From NCBI GenBank assembly GCA_973895155.1, contig OZ316891.1, forward strand, positions 10,231,875 to 10,295,874: DNA of 64,000 bases. Direction: 5' to 3'. This DNA comes from Marsupella aquatica (lineage: Eukaryota > Plantae > Marchantiophyta). Made by a program: the position numbers and the translations under genes. The stretch's first letter is position 1; each line of letters starts with the position of its first letter. Under the pieces are notes generated by a model, which saw nothing but the letters and a program-made list of their open reading frames with translations, ran no database searches and was not told the DNA's origin. Below are positions 24,201 through 37,353 of the stretch, piece after piece.

Positions 24201-26116
24201 ACATCTGATGGTCACGAAAATATTGAATATAGAATCTTTTGAGCATCTTCTCCTTCACACAGTGTACATTCGTCACTCTGGCGAAAAAGTAATATCAATA
24301 CGCTGCTTATCTTACCTTTTAATGGCTCTTCACTACAGTATATAGATATGAACTTTTGCATTTTTGGGTGGAATGTTTTTTGCTTTATGGTTCCACTTTC
24401 AAGAGTCAGCGGTAATGAACGACAGGACAAAAAACTATTCCCATTATGCCACGTGGTTGGCTCTCAGCTTCGAGGTGAACACGCGTCGCCCCAGTATAGC
24501 AGACTGCAGCTGGACGGACCTGCCAAAGTCCAGGATACCCAATCGGAGCCCATCTGGACAAACTGTTCAAATTGACTTCAAACCCACCGTCTAATCTGAA
24601 CCGCTCATCACCCAAGACAGAGCAGTCAGGTCCGTCAGGACTTCGCAACTATAGTTTCCCAGAACCGACAAAACTATGCATTGGGTGGGACCCTTTCCCC
24701 ACACCTGTCATTACCCTACAAGTCATATATTGCATTACTCGAGTCAGACAAACTTACGCTGGTTTACGCCTCCACAAACAGACTGAAGCCGGATTGTGTG
24801 ACATGGAACCGCAAACACGAAAATTGATAGCTCTTTGGGTGCGCCACACATTGTATGGCTGGTTTCTACCTTGCGCAAACGGACGGTTGCTGTTTTGGTC
24901 GAGGACTTCGATTTGTGGCAGAGGAATTCGAAGGACTGAAGAAGAGGGTGAAATTCAGTATGCGCTCTGATTGATTGGAGACTCCAATTTTCCGACGGAG
25001 GTGGGTGCGAAATGAGGTGCAATGCGAGGCATGTTTACTCACCGATCCGAATCGAATGTGCTTTAATGGAGTACAAATCACTGAGCTGAGATGAAGCTGA
25101 GCCGAACTTGATTCTTGCATGCATGCAGGAGGTGATGGACCAGGGAATGTGTGGCCACAGCGCGGAAGGCGTCCTTCTTGTGGATAATGTACGACTATCG
25201 TGATTTTCTGACTTTAAACTGTGGGCTTTCTCTACTGTTGGACTGTGGAGGGCTTTTTGTTTGTTTGTTTTCTGATTTTGAATTACTTATTCTGGAATGT
25301 GGGTGAGGAGAGAAGCCTTAGTTTTCCGAGGGAAAGATTGGATCGAGTGTGACTGTGTCTGGCTTTTCGCATTAGAATCGATCAACGGAAATGGAAAAGG
25401 GAAAGGGAAATTTTAGTTTGTTTGAATGGCCAGAAATAAAGTGACAACGGGGTTTGATTTGATTAGCCATGGATCGGCTAAGGGACTAATTGGCACTCGT
25501 AAATCGCTGGAAATATCATAATTCGTTCGGTTAATCAGCAAAACGTCGGAGGCAAACCCATTTTCCTGGCCGTTCGGCGCACGGTTTGAAATTGGAGAGA
25601 TCGAGAATGTGAATTGCATTAGACCCGTGTGCTCCGGTCCATCCAGAGGAGTCTCAGGCAAGGAACCGGAAGTATATGGCTGGTCTTGCCTTCCGGCGAT
25701 GGAATCCACTATTAGCAATGCAGAGAGAACGAATGAGTGACCGAATGAATTTAAACCAAAGCAAGGTTTGTTGCTCATTTCCTTGCTGGTCTAAAGGTTC
25801 AAATTTGTTCTCCTGGGCTTCCTCCTTAGTTTTGTCGCTTCTGTTCGACTGCTTCTGAGATCTTAGCCTTTCGTTAACTTCGGCATTGTAGGTGAGGACC
25901 AACCTAACAAATGCTTTTGTTCACTTCAATTTTTTGTCAATTGTTTTGTAGCTTCTGAGAAGCAGACAATGGGACAACATCTTCTAAAATGGGCCAATCA
26001 TTGTGATGCCATTAATGCCCTAATGAGCATTTGAATTCAGAAAGTGTTTCGTCCGGAACCCTCAATGGACGCAGGAGGATTATAAAAATTCCGCTCAGGA
26101 ACGTCAAGCAACAACT

Positions 26117-29100
26117 ATGTCAGGAATGATGAAGGCTTTCACTCATCCGTCACATATTGTGTCTCTAGCCAAGGGAGGAGGCAAAGTCAGCAAAGTCTCA
26201 CAATGCTCTTCCGCCTCTCCTGGATGGACATCGTCTGGGTCAATTGCAACAGCCTCGAAGGCTAGTCGTCGTGGGCTAAATTATGGGTCCGTTAATGGAG
26301 ATAGATTGCAAATGGACATCGGAAAGCCAGGAGGTACAGCTTCTTTCGTTGGAAAAGTTAGTAACGGAGGCATTAGAATCAAAAGCAGGATTGAAGGGAT
26401 CTCGCAACTGACGGCAAGTATGTCAGTTGCAGTGTCGGACGAGTTGGAAGACAATCAGGCAGTGAAGAGTGTCCGAATTCATTATAACAGGAAAGATGGC
26501 AAGTATGATGATTGGGGCCTGCACGCCTGGGGTGACACAGATCATCCAACAGCTTGGGAGAAGCCTTTGCAAGCGGCAGGATCAGATGAATTTGGTGTAT
26601 ATTGGGAGCTGAATGCCAAGCAATCTGGAAATGTCTACTTCCTTATTCATTCGGGCAGGGGGAGGAAGGAATTTGAGGGTACGCTGGAAGCTGCTGTCAG
26701 TGACGCCGTGTGGGTCGTATCTGAGCACCCCTCCGTATTCACCAGCAAGCCAGACCTTGCGACCATCCCAAAAGGCGATCTAGGATTTGCCAGAGCCTTT
26801 TGGGTGCTGAAAGATCTGATTGCTTGGGCCTCCAAGGAAGAGGAGGCTTCCTTTACTCTCCATGCAAGCGAGGATGCTGGCATGCGTCTCACTGGAGAGG
26901 GTGTTGAAGGAGGGAGTGTCACCTTCAAGCTGGAAGTTGATCCCTTAGGACTGCCGCTCGATGTGAAGGAGAAGTTTCCCCATATCTCAGATTATAGTTC
27001 TCTGAGGCTGCCACCTGGGGTTGACCTCAAGAGCCTCGTCAAGTCTCAACTGGCTGTCTCATCCTGTGATATCTCTGGTGCTCCCCAAAATGCCACATCG
27101 GTGCAACTTCCTGGAGTGTTGGATGATGTATATGCTTATGATGGTCCACTTGGAGTTTTGATTACAGATGAAAAAGTTTATCTCAATCTGTGGGCTCCCA
27201 CAGCTCAGGATGTGCGTCTGTTCTTGTTCTCATCTGCAGAAGGTGGAGAACCCTGTGAAACGGTTCAGCTTGAAGAGGGTGAGAAAGGGGTGTGGACTGT
27301 TGAAGGACCACTTGAGTGGAAAGGGAAATACTATGTATATGAAGTGACTGTGTTTCACTCGTTGAGTGGAAAGCTTGAGAAGTGTCTTGCATCTGACCCC
27401 TATGCAAGGGGTCTCTCAGCCAATGGTGAGAGGTCTTTCATATTTGACATTAACGATCAGGCTCTCGAACCAGAAGGGTGGGCAGATTTAGCAAACCACA
27501 AGCCTGATTTGGCAACCTTCACAGACATTGCTATCTATGAGCTTCATATCAGAGACTTCAGCATTGGTGATGAGACTGTGGACCCTGTGTTGCGAGGGAC
27601 ATATCTGGCATTCGCACAGAAGAATACGGCAGGAGTGAAGCATTTAAGAAGCCTTGCCGAAGCTGGTCTCACGCATGTGCACTTGCTCCCGTGCTTTGAT
27701 TTTTCCAGTGTTGATGAGAAGAAAGAGAACTGGAAGAATGTCAATTTTGATGAGCTCAGTAAGTTGCCTCCAGACTCTGAAGAGCAACAAGCTGCTGTGG
27801 TAGCCATACAAGATGAAGATGGCTACAACTGGGGCTATGATCCTGTCAACTGGGGGGTACCTGAGGGCAGCTATGCCAGTGATCCAAATGGGCCAGTGAG
27901 AACCTTGGAGTTCCGCACGATGGTTCAAAGTCTAAACAGTCTCGGGCTCCGAGTTGTCCTGGATGTTGTGTACAATCACCTACATGGTAGTGGGCCCACA
28001 GGTATACACTCTGTGCATGATAAGGTAGTGCCTGGTTACTACCTTCGTCGCAACAAGGACGGACTGATAGAGAACAGCACCTGCATGAACAACACAGCTA
28101 GTGAGCACTACATGGTGGATCGTCTCATTGTTGACGACCTTTTGAGTTGGGCAATTGCATATAAGGTGGATGGATTTCGGTTTGATCTTATGGGGCATCT
28201 CATGAAGAGGACAATGCTCAAAGCTAAGTCGGCTCTGCAAAGTTTGACCGTAGAGAAGGACGGTGTGGACGGCTCCAAGATATATCTCTATGGGGAAGGG
28301 TGGGACTTTGGAGAGATTTCAAACAATGGGCGAGGAGTGAATTCCTCGCAACAAAACCTTGCTGGGACTGGAATTGGTAGTTTTAATGATCGGATTAGGG
28401 ACACTGCCATGGGGGGCTCTCCCTTTGGCGATCCGCTGCAGCAGGGCTTCCTGACAGGCTTGTCCCTGCAGCCAAACGAGCTGGACCAGGGTGATGAGCT
28501 CTCCATGGCTAAGCACCTGGCATCAACCACTGACTGGATTCGATTGGGGATGGCAAGCAACTTGAAAGATTTCGTCTTCACCAATCATGAGGGAAAGGAA
28601 GTCAAGGGAAAAGAGGTTCTAACACATGATGGTCTACCAGTTGCGTATGCCTCGTCTCCTGAGGATCTAATCAACTACGTCTCAGCTCACGACAATGAGA
28701 CACTTTTTGATGTCATCATGCTCAAGACCTCCAGCGAAGTGTCCTTGGAAGAACGGTGCAGGATCAATCATATGGCTACTAGCATTGTTGCTCTTGCTCA
28801 GGGAATCCCTTTCTTTCATGCAGGTACTGTAACGATCACTTCCCCAATCCTTCACTTTTAGACAAAACTTCGACTTAAATTTCAGAAAGGAGTGCTCCAT
28901 CTAGCAAGCATTTCCTTCACAGCGGCGCCTGGATCTCCCCTTCTTGTTTGTTGTCTAAATTTCAAATTATTCTTTAACAGGTGATGATAATCTGCGGTCC
29001 AAGTCTCTCGACCGAGACTCCTACAATTCTGGCGATTGGTTCAACAAGTTGGACTGGACTTACGAATCCAACAACTTTGGTGTGGGCCTGCCTCCAAAAT

Positions 29101-29717
29101 CCAAAAATGGTGAAAAGTGGCCAATTATGCGTAAACTTCTTGGAAACCCCTCAATGAAACCCACAAAGAAGCATATCATGGCTGCTGTGGAGAACTTGAA
29201 GGAGCTGCTGAGAGTGAGATTCTCTTCGCCCCTTTTTCGGTTGAAGACGGGCAACGCAATTCAAGCAAGGCTTAAATTTCACAATACAGGTACTACGCCG
29301 ATTTGATACTTAACTGTGGGTATTACCAAGATCTGGAAATTTAGTCAAGAAATCATAATTCAGCTCGGCTCAGCAGCAGCCTCTAACTTCAACTTTGTAT
29401 TGGTGCGTTTTGGAACAGGGCCTGCAGGGATCCCCGGGGTCATTGTCATGAGTATAGTAGACGGAGATGAGGGTAAGCCAGGTCTGGCTCAAGTGGACCC
29501 TACATATCGTCGAGTTATTGTAGTCTTGAATGCCCGGTCAATGGAGCTGGTGACCCAAGTTCAGTCCTTCAAGTCTCTCTCTCTATCCTTACACCCCGTC
29601 CAAATTGCCTCACACGACAAGGTGGTGCAGACATCGAGCTTTGCTTCTGAAACCGGAACCTTCACCATACCTGCAAGGACCACTGCAGTTTTTGTAGAGA
29701 CGCGTGAACTGTCCTGA
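26117..29717 (+). CDS. PU1: Pullulanase / limit dextrinase (GH13 alpha-1,6 debranching enzyme), plastid-targeted. Exons 26117-28823, 28981-29289, 29419-29717; 1104 aa
   Basis: LWAPTAQ (CBM48), IYELHIRDFS, YNWGYDP, DVVYNH, DGFRFDLMGH (nucleophile), YGEGWD (acid/base), NYVSAHDNETLFD and LRSKSLDRDSYNSGDWFN. Two phase-1 GT-AG introns restore the frame (3315 nt total). Confidence 0.96.
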
Positions 29718-30176
29718 CAAGTTATGTCGGTGCGTGTCCTTCGTTATTGTCCTCTCCCAAACTTGAGTTTTGCAGACTAGGTTTTTTGCTTAGTATCCAA
29801 ACCTGCTTCAAGGAAAGGTACCAATTAGGAATTCCTTGGTCGTGGTCTTGCATCGATTCCATGAATCACGGGGTCAGTTGAAGGATTGTTTCAGTTCACA
29901 AATAAAGGAATCAAATCCTTTGAGACAAAGTGGCAGCCTTTCTTCTTCTAAAAGACAGTCTTTGAATGAGATGATCATCCCGCGTAAGTTGCACGACTTC
30001 CTATCGTTTGTCAAGATCGGTTTGCAGTTCACCTCTTTAAGGTCATTCAATTCATTGGTCCGCTTATTAGTCGTAGGCTTAACAATGAGGTCAGACAGGT
30101 AAGACAGATCAAGCTCTTTCCAAGCGAATCAGTGTAAAGATAAAATGCACAAGAGAAACCTGACGTAGTCTTTTCG

Positions 30177-30342
30177 CCAGATGGTGTCTTTTATCAGTGA
30201 ACGTAGCTGTCACCTTGGCCTATTTGGAAGTCAATGAAGTCCATTCACTGAATAATTCCAAGATGATGTCTTTTATCAGTGACCGTAGCTGTCAACTTGG
30301 CCCAGTTGGAAATCGATTAAGTCCATTGACTGAACAATTCCA
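30177..30342. repeat. Diverged tandem duplication of about 82 bp between the convergent PU1 and TAF6 3' ends
   Basis: AGATG.TGTCTTTTATCAGTGA.CGTAGCTGTCA.CTTGGCC...AAGTCCATT.ACTGAA.AATTCCA occurs twice. Confidence 0.85.
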
Positions 30343-30990
30343 GGTTGCTGTAATTCAGAAGTTAAAATGAGATTACCTTCAATTGACCTTGGGCATGTCC
30401 GATATGATAAGGGCCCTGAAACGAAACGTCTTGCAACAGGTTACAAGTACCAAGTGCACATGCTCGTGAGGAACCCAACCCTCTTGTTCGACTGCCACTC
30501 CCGATTATCGACAAACACCGCCTGCTACCTACTCCACTTCCAAACGTGTCTTTTGCGGGGGAAGGTTTCGCATTTCGCAGTGGCTATTATTAGTACTGTT
30601 CATCTATTCTCTCTGGTTACATTTCATCGTTGGGGCTACATACCCACCTAACAAGTTCTATTTTCCATACAAATTGAGAAAACAAGATAACTTTCTTAGA
30701 GCACTGATGAATCATGGTGGACAAGGCTCTTGACATAGAAGATCTCTAGCTGCCAAGCATCTGTGCGGATGACAAGAAAGGATCATGTTCTTTTGCTGAC
30801 CCATTGACTCTTGAGTTTCCCAAGGCCGATTTTATCTACAGGATGTAAAAGTTTCAACGTCCATACCAACAATTTCTGTGGCAAGTCCAATGCCCCTCCC
30901 CATGGACCAAAGGTTAGTCTGCCGGAGAGTGAAGCTTCTAGCTGACGTGTGTTCGTGACTTTCAGAATATTATCTACATCCGCAGTTCAA

Positions 30991-33900
30991 TTACAAAAAT
31001 ATTGACAATTCTCTTGTAGGTATGAAAGGTAGCATTCCTTCTCCGAACATGTCAACCAAAGATGAAAGCATGGGCCCTACATCTGCATCTTCCTTCCAAG
31101 CATCCGCGAGAGGATTAGCCTTTCTAATTGGGAGCTTCCCTTTACTGCGATCCTTCTTCCTATCATCTGTATCCCCTCCTTGTTCTCCTACTTTCCCTCC
31201 TGGGCCTGACTCTGCTTCAGTAATATCAGTAATCGTTGAGGGAATGGACATATCTACATCGCTTTCAATCGAATTTTTCTTGTGCAAAGGTTGTGATGTT
31301 ATATCTGTGCTGGCAGTCCTCTTCCTCGAGGGACTAGCCGTTAGAGTTGGTGATGCTAAGCCTGCCACTGACGCTTCTGCATGCCACAGTGTAATGTCAG
31401 ACCTGGATAACCTCTTCTGACAAGGCAATAACCGACAATGCAACAAATCTTGACATTTTTCAAAGGAATTTGCAAGTTAGTGGCGAAACAGTTCTCAAAT
31501 CTATTGACCAACAACGAAATTTAAATTAAATCAAAGACCCGTTTCTTTGACCGTCTACTGGTTCATAATTCCAATTCTCCATTGATCCCAATCTATCCAT
31601 TTCAAAATTGAACAATAAATAGTGATCTACTTGCGAGTGAGTTATGAGCATTCCTTTGCCTTGGATCAGATGAGAAACAAATTAGGTAGGACGCCTACGT
31701 GATTCTGGGAACGGAGTCACAACTTTTGGTATGCTCTTTGGCATGTTCCTGTGCACGGTGGGCAAGAAGTCTGGTTGTGACTTCAACGTTTTGTACAGCC
31801 ACTTTCCAGCTCCAAACTGTTAACAATCACAACAGATATTAGCAAACCCTGACACTTGATAGACAGTCCTTGCAGGGAATTCGAGCAGCTGTACAACAAG
31901 TGTGCTCTACAACATCTGTATGACACAGAAGGGCCAGGGAAAATTACAGACACAGTCCACAAGTCGAGAGAGTGACGTACACACCTGTAGTAATCCATAT
32001 ACTCTCCATGCCTCATATCGCTTTATTTCATTTCGTTGTAATTCCAGACTCATTTCTGGTTCTAGTTGTTTCAGGTAAGGAGGAAGATTCGGGACTACCA
32101 GTAGTTGTACCTGAAAGGGTCATTGCAAAATTACAATGATGAGTTATAACGGGGAAATCAACTCCATGACATGATGACAAGACACGTCTATCATGTTGTC
32201 TAATTATATATTCGGGATTATCTAATACCCACCCTGCAGCTCTAGAATAAGTAAGCTGTTAACTTGTAGTTAGTTAAGGTCATTGAGAGTTTCCAATGAA
32301 GAGTGGTAATCTGAACGACGTTGAACATCAATTCAGAAGTAAGCTCTAAACACTTATGATATAAATTTGGTCTCCTTGCAATCTGCAACAGGAAACCTTC
32401 ACTCACCAACATTATGCTTCGAGAAAATGCACCACGACGTGAGAAGCGACAATTAAAGGAGTTCTCACCACTCTCGGACCTAACGCAGAAAGGCCAGAAA
32501 TTGCTCCATAATGCTGAGTCAAAGTTCGCTTGGGATCCATAAATGCAACCACCAGTGTCCGGCTCACCCTATTCTGAAGGTTTTGGTAAGCTTTCCCAAA
32601 ACTGCAATTTACACCAGCTCCATTAGTGCACGATGCAAGTGTAGCAAGGACCAGCCCAAACGTCACCAGTCCATGGTGTCCTCCAAGCTTACAGAATGCA
32701 AAGTTGTGGAAGAGGAAAGAGAATTCATAATGTACCGTTGGCATATAAACGACACAATGCTGGCAGTAAAATCTCGCAGTTCCCAGTGATTTTCAAAACC
32801 CTTGCCCCCTATGCGCTTGGCCACTAGGCATGTTATCACCGAAGGCATGAACTGGTGAAGCTGCACAAGCTCCCCGTGTGTTAGCGTTGGACAAAAACAG
32901 TTAACGTGCAACAGTAATCAGATATGTGTCACGTTTTATTTTTACAAAAACGGGACCTACGCATTGCACCATTGAGCCCTACGCAAACGGTACAGGTTCG
33001 TCTACAAAGAGGTCCACAACTACCAGTATGGACATTGACGAAGACAGCGTTACATACAGTACAGAAAGGACTTGCACCAACCTGTGTCACACAAGATGAA
33101 GAATTGACCACTAACCATAATCTTGAAGCCAATAAGATCGAAGACCTACATTAGCACGATTTAAAAATTAACATTGCTCTACAATGAGCTCCATGCTTAC
33201 ATAGGGCTCAACGTTAATATGTGGATTGAGCAGAAGGCTTTGAACAACTCGCATCAGGGAAAAAAGAAGGTTGAAATTGTCAAGGCTGCGGATGACCTGA
33301 AAATAACCATTAGAAGTGGATGTCAGAAATTTATATAGCAATAAGCTCTCACATTTTGTAAATTGGTTCCTGTACATGCTGCTTAGAAAACACTTTTCTA
33401 CGTTGCATCCCAAAAATGTATATGATCTGAACGGTAAAGCCAACTCCAAAGTTTATGCTGTAGGGAATCAAAACAAATCATGTACCTCGTCAGCTATAAA
33501 TTGGGTGAAGTAAGGAACTAATGGATGAAGTCCTGAGTCAGTGGCCAGACTCACTAAGGCATCCCTTAAAAGTAGGGCATTCGTTCCAGAAACAATAAGT
33601 TCCGTAATCTTTTCAAAGTACAGCTGCATGAAAATGTCAACCACAAGGTTTTCATAGTCAAACTACTGACAAATCACAGCCAGAACAACGAGCTGAAGGG
33701 TCAACTCTGAATTAAAAAACTGTGATCATGAAAGTGACATCAAATAACTCCCACTGTCACGAAAGCTGAATCTAGGCAATATCCTACCCACCTGAAGCTC
33801 TCGCGATAGCACATGCTTTACAGGGGGTTTAACTTCAATGAGAGAATCTTCCTCCTTCCGGGCTCCTGCCTGGCCATCAGTCTTTTTGGTCTCAGGTATG

Positions 33901-35642
33901 ACTGGGAGAGCTGCATGTACGTCGTAACACCAGTCAGTAGCAAACCATCACATGTTTCGTTACACAAGGCAATCGATAGAGAACTTCCTGCCCCTGGAAG
34001 ACTACAAGAAATTGCAACCAAGAAATAACGAAAGAATAAAGATATTTGCAAAAAGTGAATGTGAGTGACACCACATCCAACTCACAATTTCTGCTCCATT
34101 CCTAGAATCTAGGTAGCTATACTCCCAATCATTACTAGAACAATTGGAGAACAATGCCAGAAACGTTGATAAAATCTGATCCACAAATCTGGACAAAGGC
34201 TCCAAATAGATCATGTACGACGGCATAACTATTGGAATGGAAGCAACTCTTCAACCGCAAGACACGTAGCGAGCCTGAGGTCTTTGATACGTACGCTCAA
34301 TTGGGGCATTCTCGGGTATAGCTGGCTGAACTCCCTCAACTGCAAGCCAGTGAGCAACGACGGACGTATCCAACGGGGCTTTGGGTAATGGCGCTTCTAT
34401 AACCTTCATCGGCAAACATCAAAGCGACAGTCACTCAAGAGAAGTGGAAAACCTTAAAAAGAAATTTTCAACGGATGATCGCAAAGATATTTACGATAGT
34501 GCCTAAAAGATTAGTTGACAGAACCTTTCCAGAAGGCAACATTTTCTTAAAGGAATCCTACATTCATCCCAAGAGTGTAATTCCTGAATCTAGTACGCTA
34601 CAAAAGAGGCGCGACGCCAAAACAGCTCGATCCACCGCAACAGCCTTATTGCCACTGGGATAAACCGTTGTCACAGCATTGTAGAATGAAAGAGGCCGAT
34701 AGAAAGGTTCTGAAAATCTGCACCAGCGTGCGCCATCGAGGACCAATGATTGCGTTGACCAAGAAATAAAAATTTGCAATTAACTGCAGCCCAGAACTTA
34801 CTTCCTTGAAGTCCAAGTCCCGATCCTCAATATAGTATAGGTCAGCATGTCCCAGTGCTCTTCGAAAGCGCAAGGGGTCTCCGGATGCAAAACCGTAAAG
34901 AGGCTGGCAGCACAAGCAGCACTTTTAACGACACTGTACAGCTACTATTGACTGATGCCTCAAATTATTATGGACACGGCATACTTTGAATCCCCAAAAA
35001 ATCAACTAGCAACGCATCGTGTTTTGGGTGTGGTGAAAACCTGAATCTCTAACGTTGATCTCTAGACTGAACAAAACTCCACAGGATCCACACACGACGA
35101 ACTGTTATAAATCAATTAGTGGAATGGTACAGCGACGTTTCACTCAATTTTACCTCCACATTCCGGAGACTAAGGGCACTGTTTACATCATCCGTTGTAA
35201 GGGTTGACCTTTTGGAATGCCGCATGCACTTGATAGCTTCCTGCAAACCCACAATTCCCATGCAACTTTTAAAACTGCTTCCACGTCACAACGACTCGAA
35301 AAATAGGCAAATATGGGGCTCTTTCAGACTGGTTCACCCTCAATTTATTCCTTACATGATTCCAAACATCCACATTTGGTGCCTTGAAAGTGAGAAAAAT
35401 GCTCAGAAACACAAGCTGGAGATGGTATGATTTGCTTCAAATTTTTTCGGACCATGGCATAATTCAACGAAACGGAAATGAGGAGGGGGGGACACAATTC
35501 AAGGACGCGAAATGACCTGCATGATCTCACGCATGCGGTATTCCACATCCGGAGCAAGAGCGGCAGCCACATCGTCACTCAAATTGGAGATACCGATGCT
35601 CTGCGCTATGACATGGATCGTGTCCTTCCCCAGGACGCTCAT
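30991..35642 (-). CDS. TAF6: Transcription initiation factor TFIID subunit 6, about 12 exons (ATG 35642, stop 30991-30993)
   Basis: Spliced minus-strand translation gives the histone fold [65 protein letters not shown], then [40 protein letters not shown] and NHWELRDF, ending [18 protein letters not shown]. The penultimate exon boundary is uncertain. Confidence 0.95.
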
Positions 35643-37080
35643 CTCAGCCACTCCGTTCCCTTTCTGCCTAGCTTAAAACCACTACCACGCCTTACTGCCT
35701 GGCCGCAAATTATCTGCGACCACAATCACAACCATCCCCACGCTCGCGTCTCATTTGAATTCAAACCTGGACCGACCGAGCTTTCCTTTTGCTTGCAAAC
35801 CCTGGACCATCGACCCAAAACGCTTCACGCGAGAAACCTCCAGGCTCGCGGGCAAACTATCGATAATTTCAAAACTTTGTCGATCGAATCCACAAAATAG
35901 TTGTAGTTGTTCTGGATTTGCGCGGAACGATCTCGACTGAATTGAGATGCAGGAGAAAACTCGCTCGCAGCATTTGCAGAGTGGGAATCGGAAGAAGCCC
36001 GAATTGAATGCAGGAGAATACTCGTTCGCAGGAGACTGGAAGAAGCCTGCAATTTAGGGTTGACCCAAATTGGAACTGTACAGTCGACCGTGCATGGTCT
36101 ATAAGTGCACCCGTGGTTAACTGCAGGCCGGCCATGTAGGGCGTTAAGATAGTCCCCTAATATAGTAGACTAGTCATATGCCCCTGTGTTTCACAATGCA
36201 AGGAGGGCCTGTCCATAGGGAGTCGGCCTGGGGCATTTATGGGAGATCATGGGGAAGCACATATGTGCCAGGGGTGCCCATTTTCTCTATCAATGATAAG
36301 AGAAAAGAGCCAAACGAATCCAACGGTTGTGTATTTTTCTCGCCCATGAGCTTTTTTGTATTGGGATTAAGGACAAAACAAAGCGGTATCCCTTACTATA
36401 GTTGTAGATATTTCGTTTATATATGCACCAAAAATGGATCTACAGTCCACCATGCATAAGTGAATTCAGTGTTTAAGTGCAGTCTGGCCATATAGGCCCA
36501 CAAGATAGCCCCTGATTGCATCAAACAGTGGAGAGTTGGAGCAGGGGTGAGTGAAAACCCAATGGCTGTTGGGAGGCCCAGAGATTGTTGCATGTCTAAT
36601 GGCTGAGGTAAGTTATTCAAATGATGCCTGTATGTAACCCAAAGCCCTTAAAAGGCTTGTGTACCAGTAGTTATCGTTTAAGAGGTACTTGCTACAAGTT
36701 CTTAAGCTGGATAAAATAGAGTGCACAAAAAAAAAGTCTGGAGCCTATATAAACTTTAACTGAAAAAAAACAGATACACTTCAAAAAAAGGCAGACACAA
36801 AGTCACTCTAAAAGTCACCCAAACCAAATAGGCTAGAGGCCATGTCAAGTGAACTTTCCTCACCTTTGCTTTTTTAATGTCCAGATTAGATCTCAAACAA
36901 ATTTATGTCGTGAAGGTGTGGGACAGAGATTATGATAAGTGGCCCTTAGAACACTTAGAGCACTTTACATTTCCACAGAGGCAATTTGAGGCACAAAGTC
37001 TCTAAACCTAACCCAACACCCCCACTTTGGATACCAAAAAAGTTAATCCAACCAAAACTAGTTTGAGTTTTTGCTGGACC

Positions 37081-37353
37081 CTCTACATGGTCAAGTGGAC
37101 AGAACTTTGGACCACATCTAGAGTTCTTGGACAAAGTTCACAGCTTGTAAGGTAAAGGCTAGGTCCCACCCAATTCCAGGTAGGATTTGGATTCCAAAGC
37201 CCACTTTACAAAACTACGGAGGCTTCTACATGGCCGAGTTGACAGAACTGTGTACCTCTAGAGGTGGTCTAATTGGTTGGCATGAAGTTCCACTTTGTAA
37301 GCTTAAAATATGGGTCCTGCCCAATTCTAGACACGATTGAGATTCCACAACCC
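37081..37353. repeat. Old tandem duplication, unit about 143 bp
   Basis: TCTACATGG.C.AGT.GACAGAACT...CTAGAG...AAGTTC...TTGTAAG...GGTCC..CCCAATTC.AG...GATTCCA is seen twice. Confidence 0.7.

Noticed and set aside
26117-28861. Pullulanase as a truncated 914-aa protein or a recent bacterial transfer
   Set aside because: Two GT-AG introns complete the protein, and the transit-like N-terminus and core sequence are plant-like.
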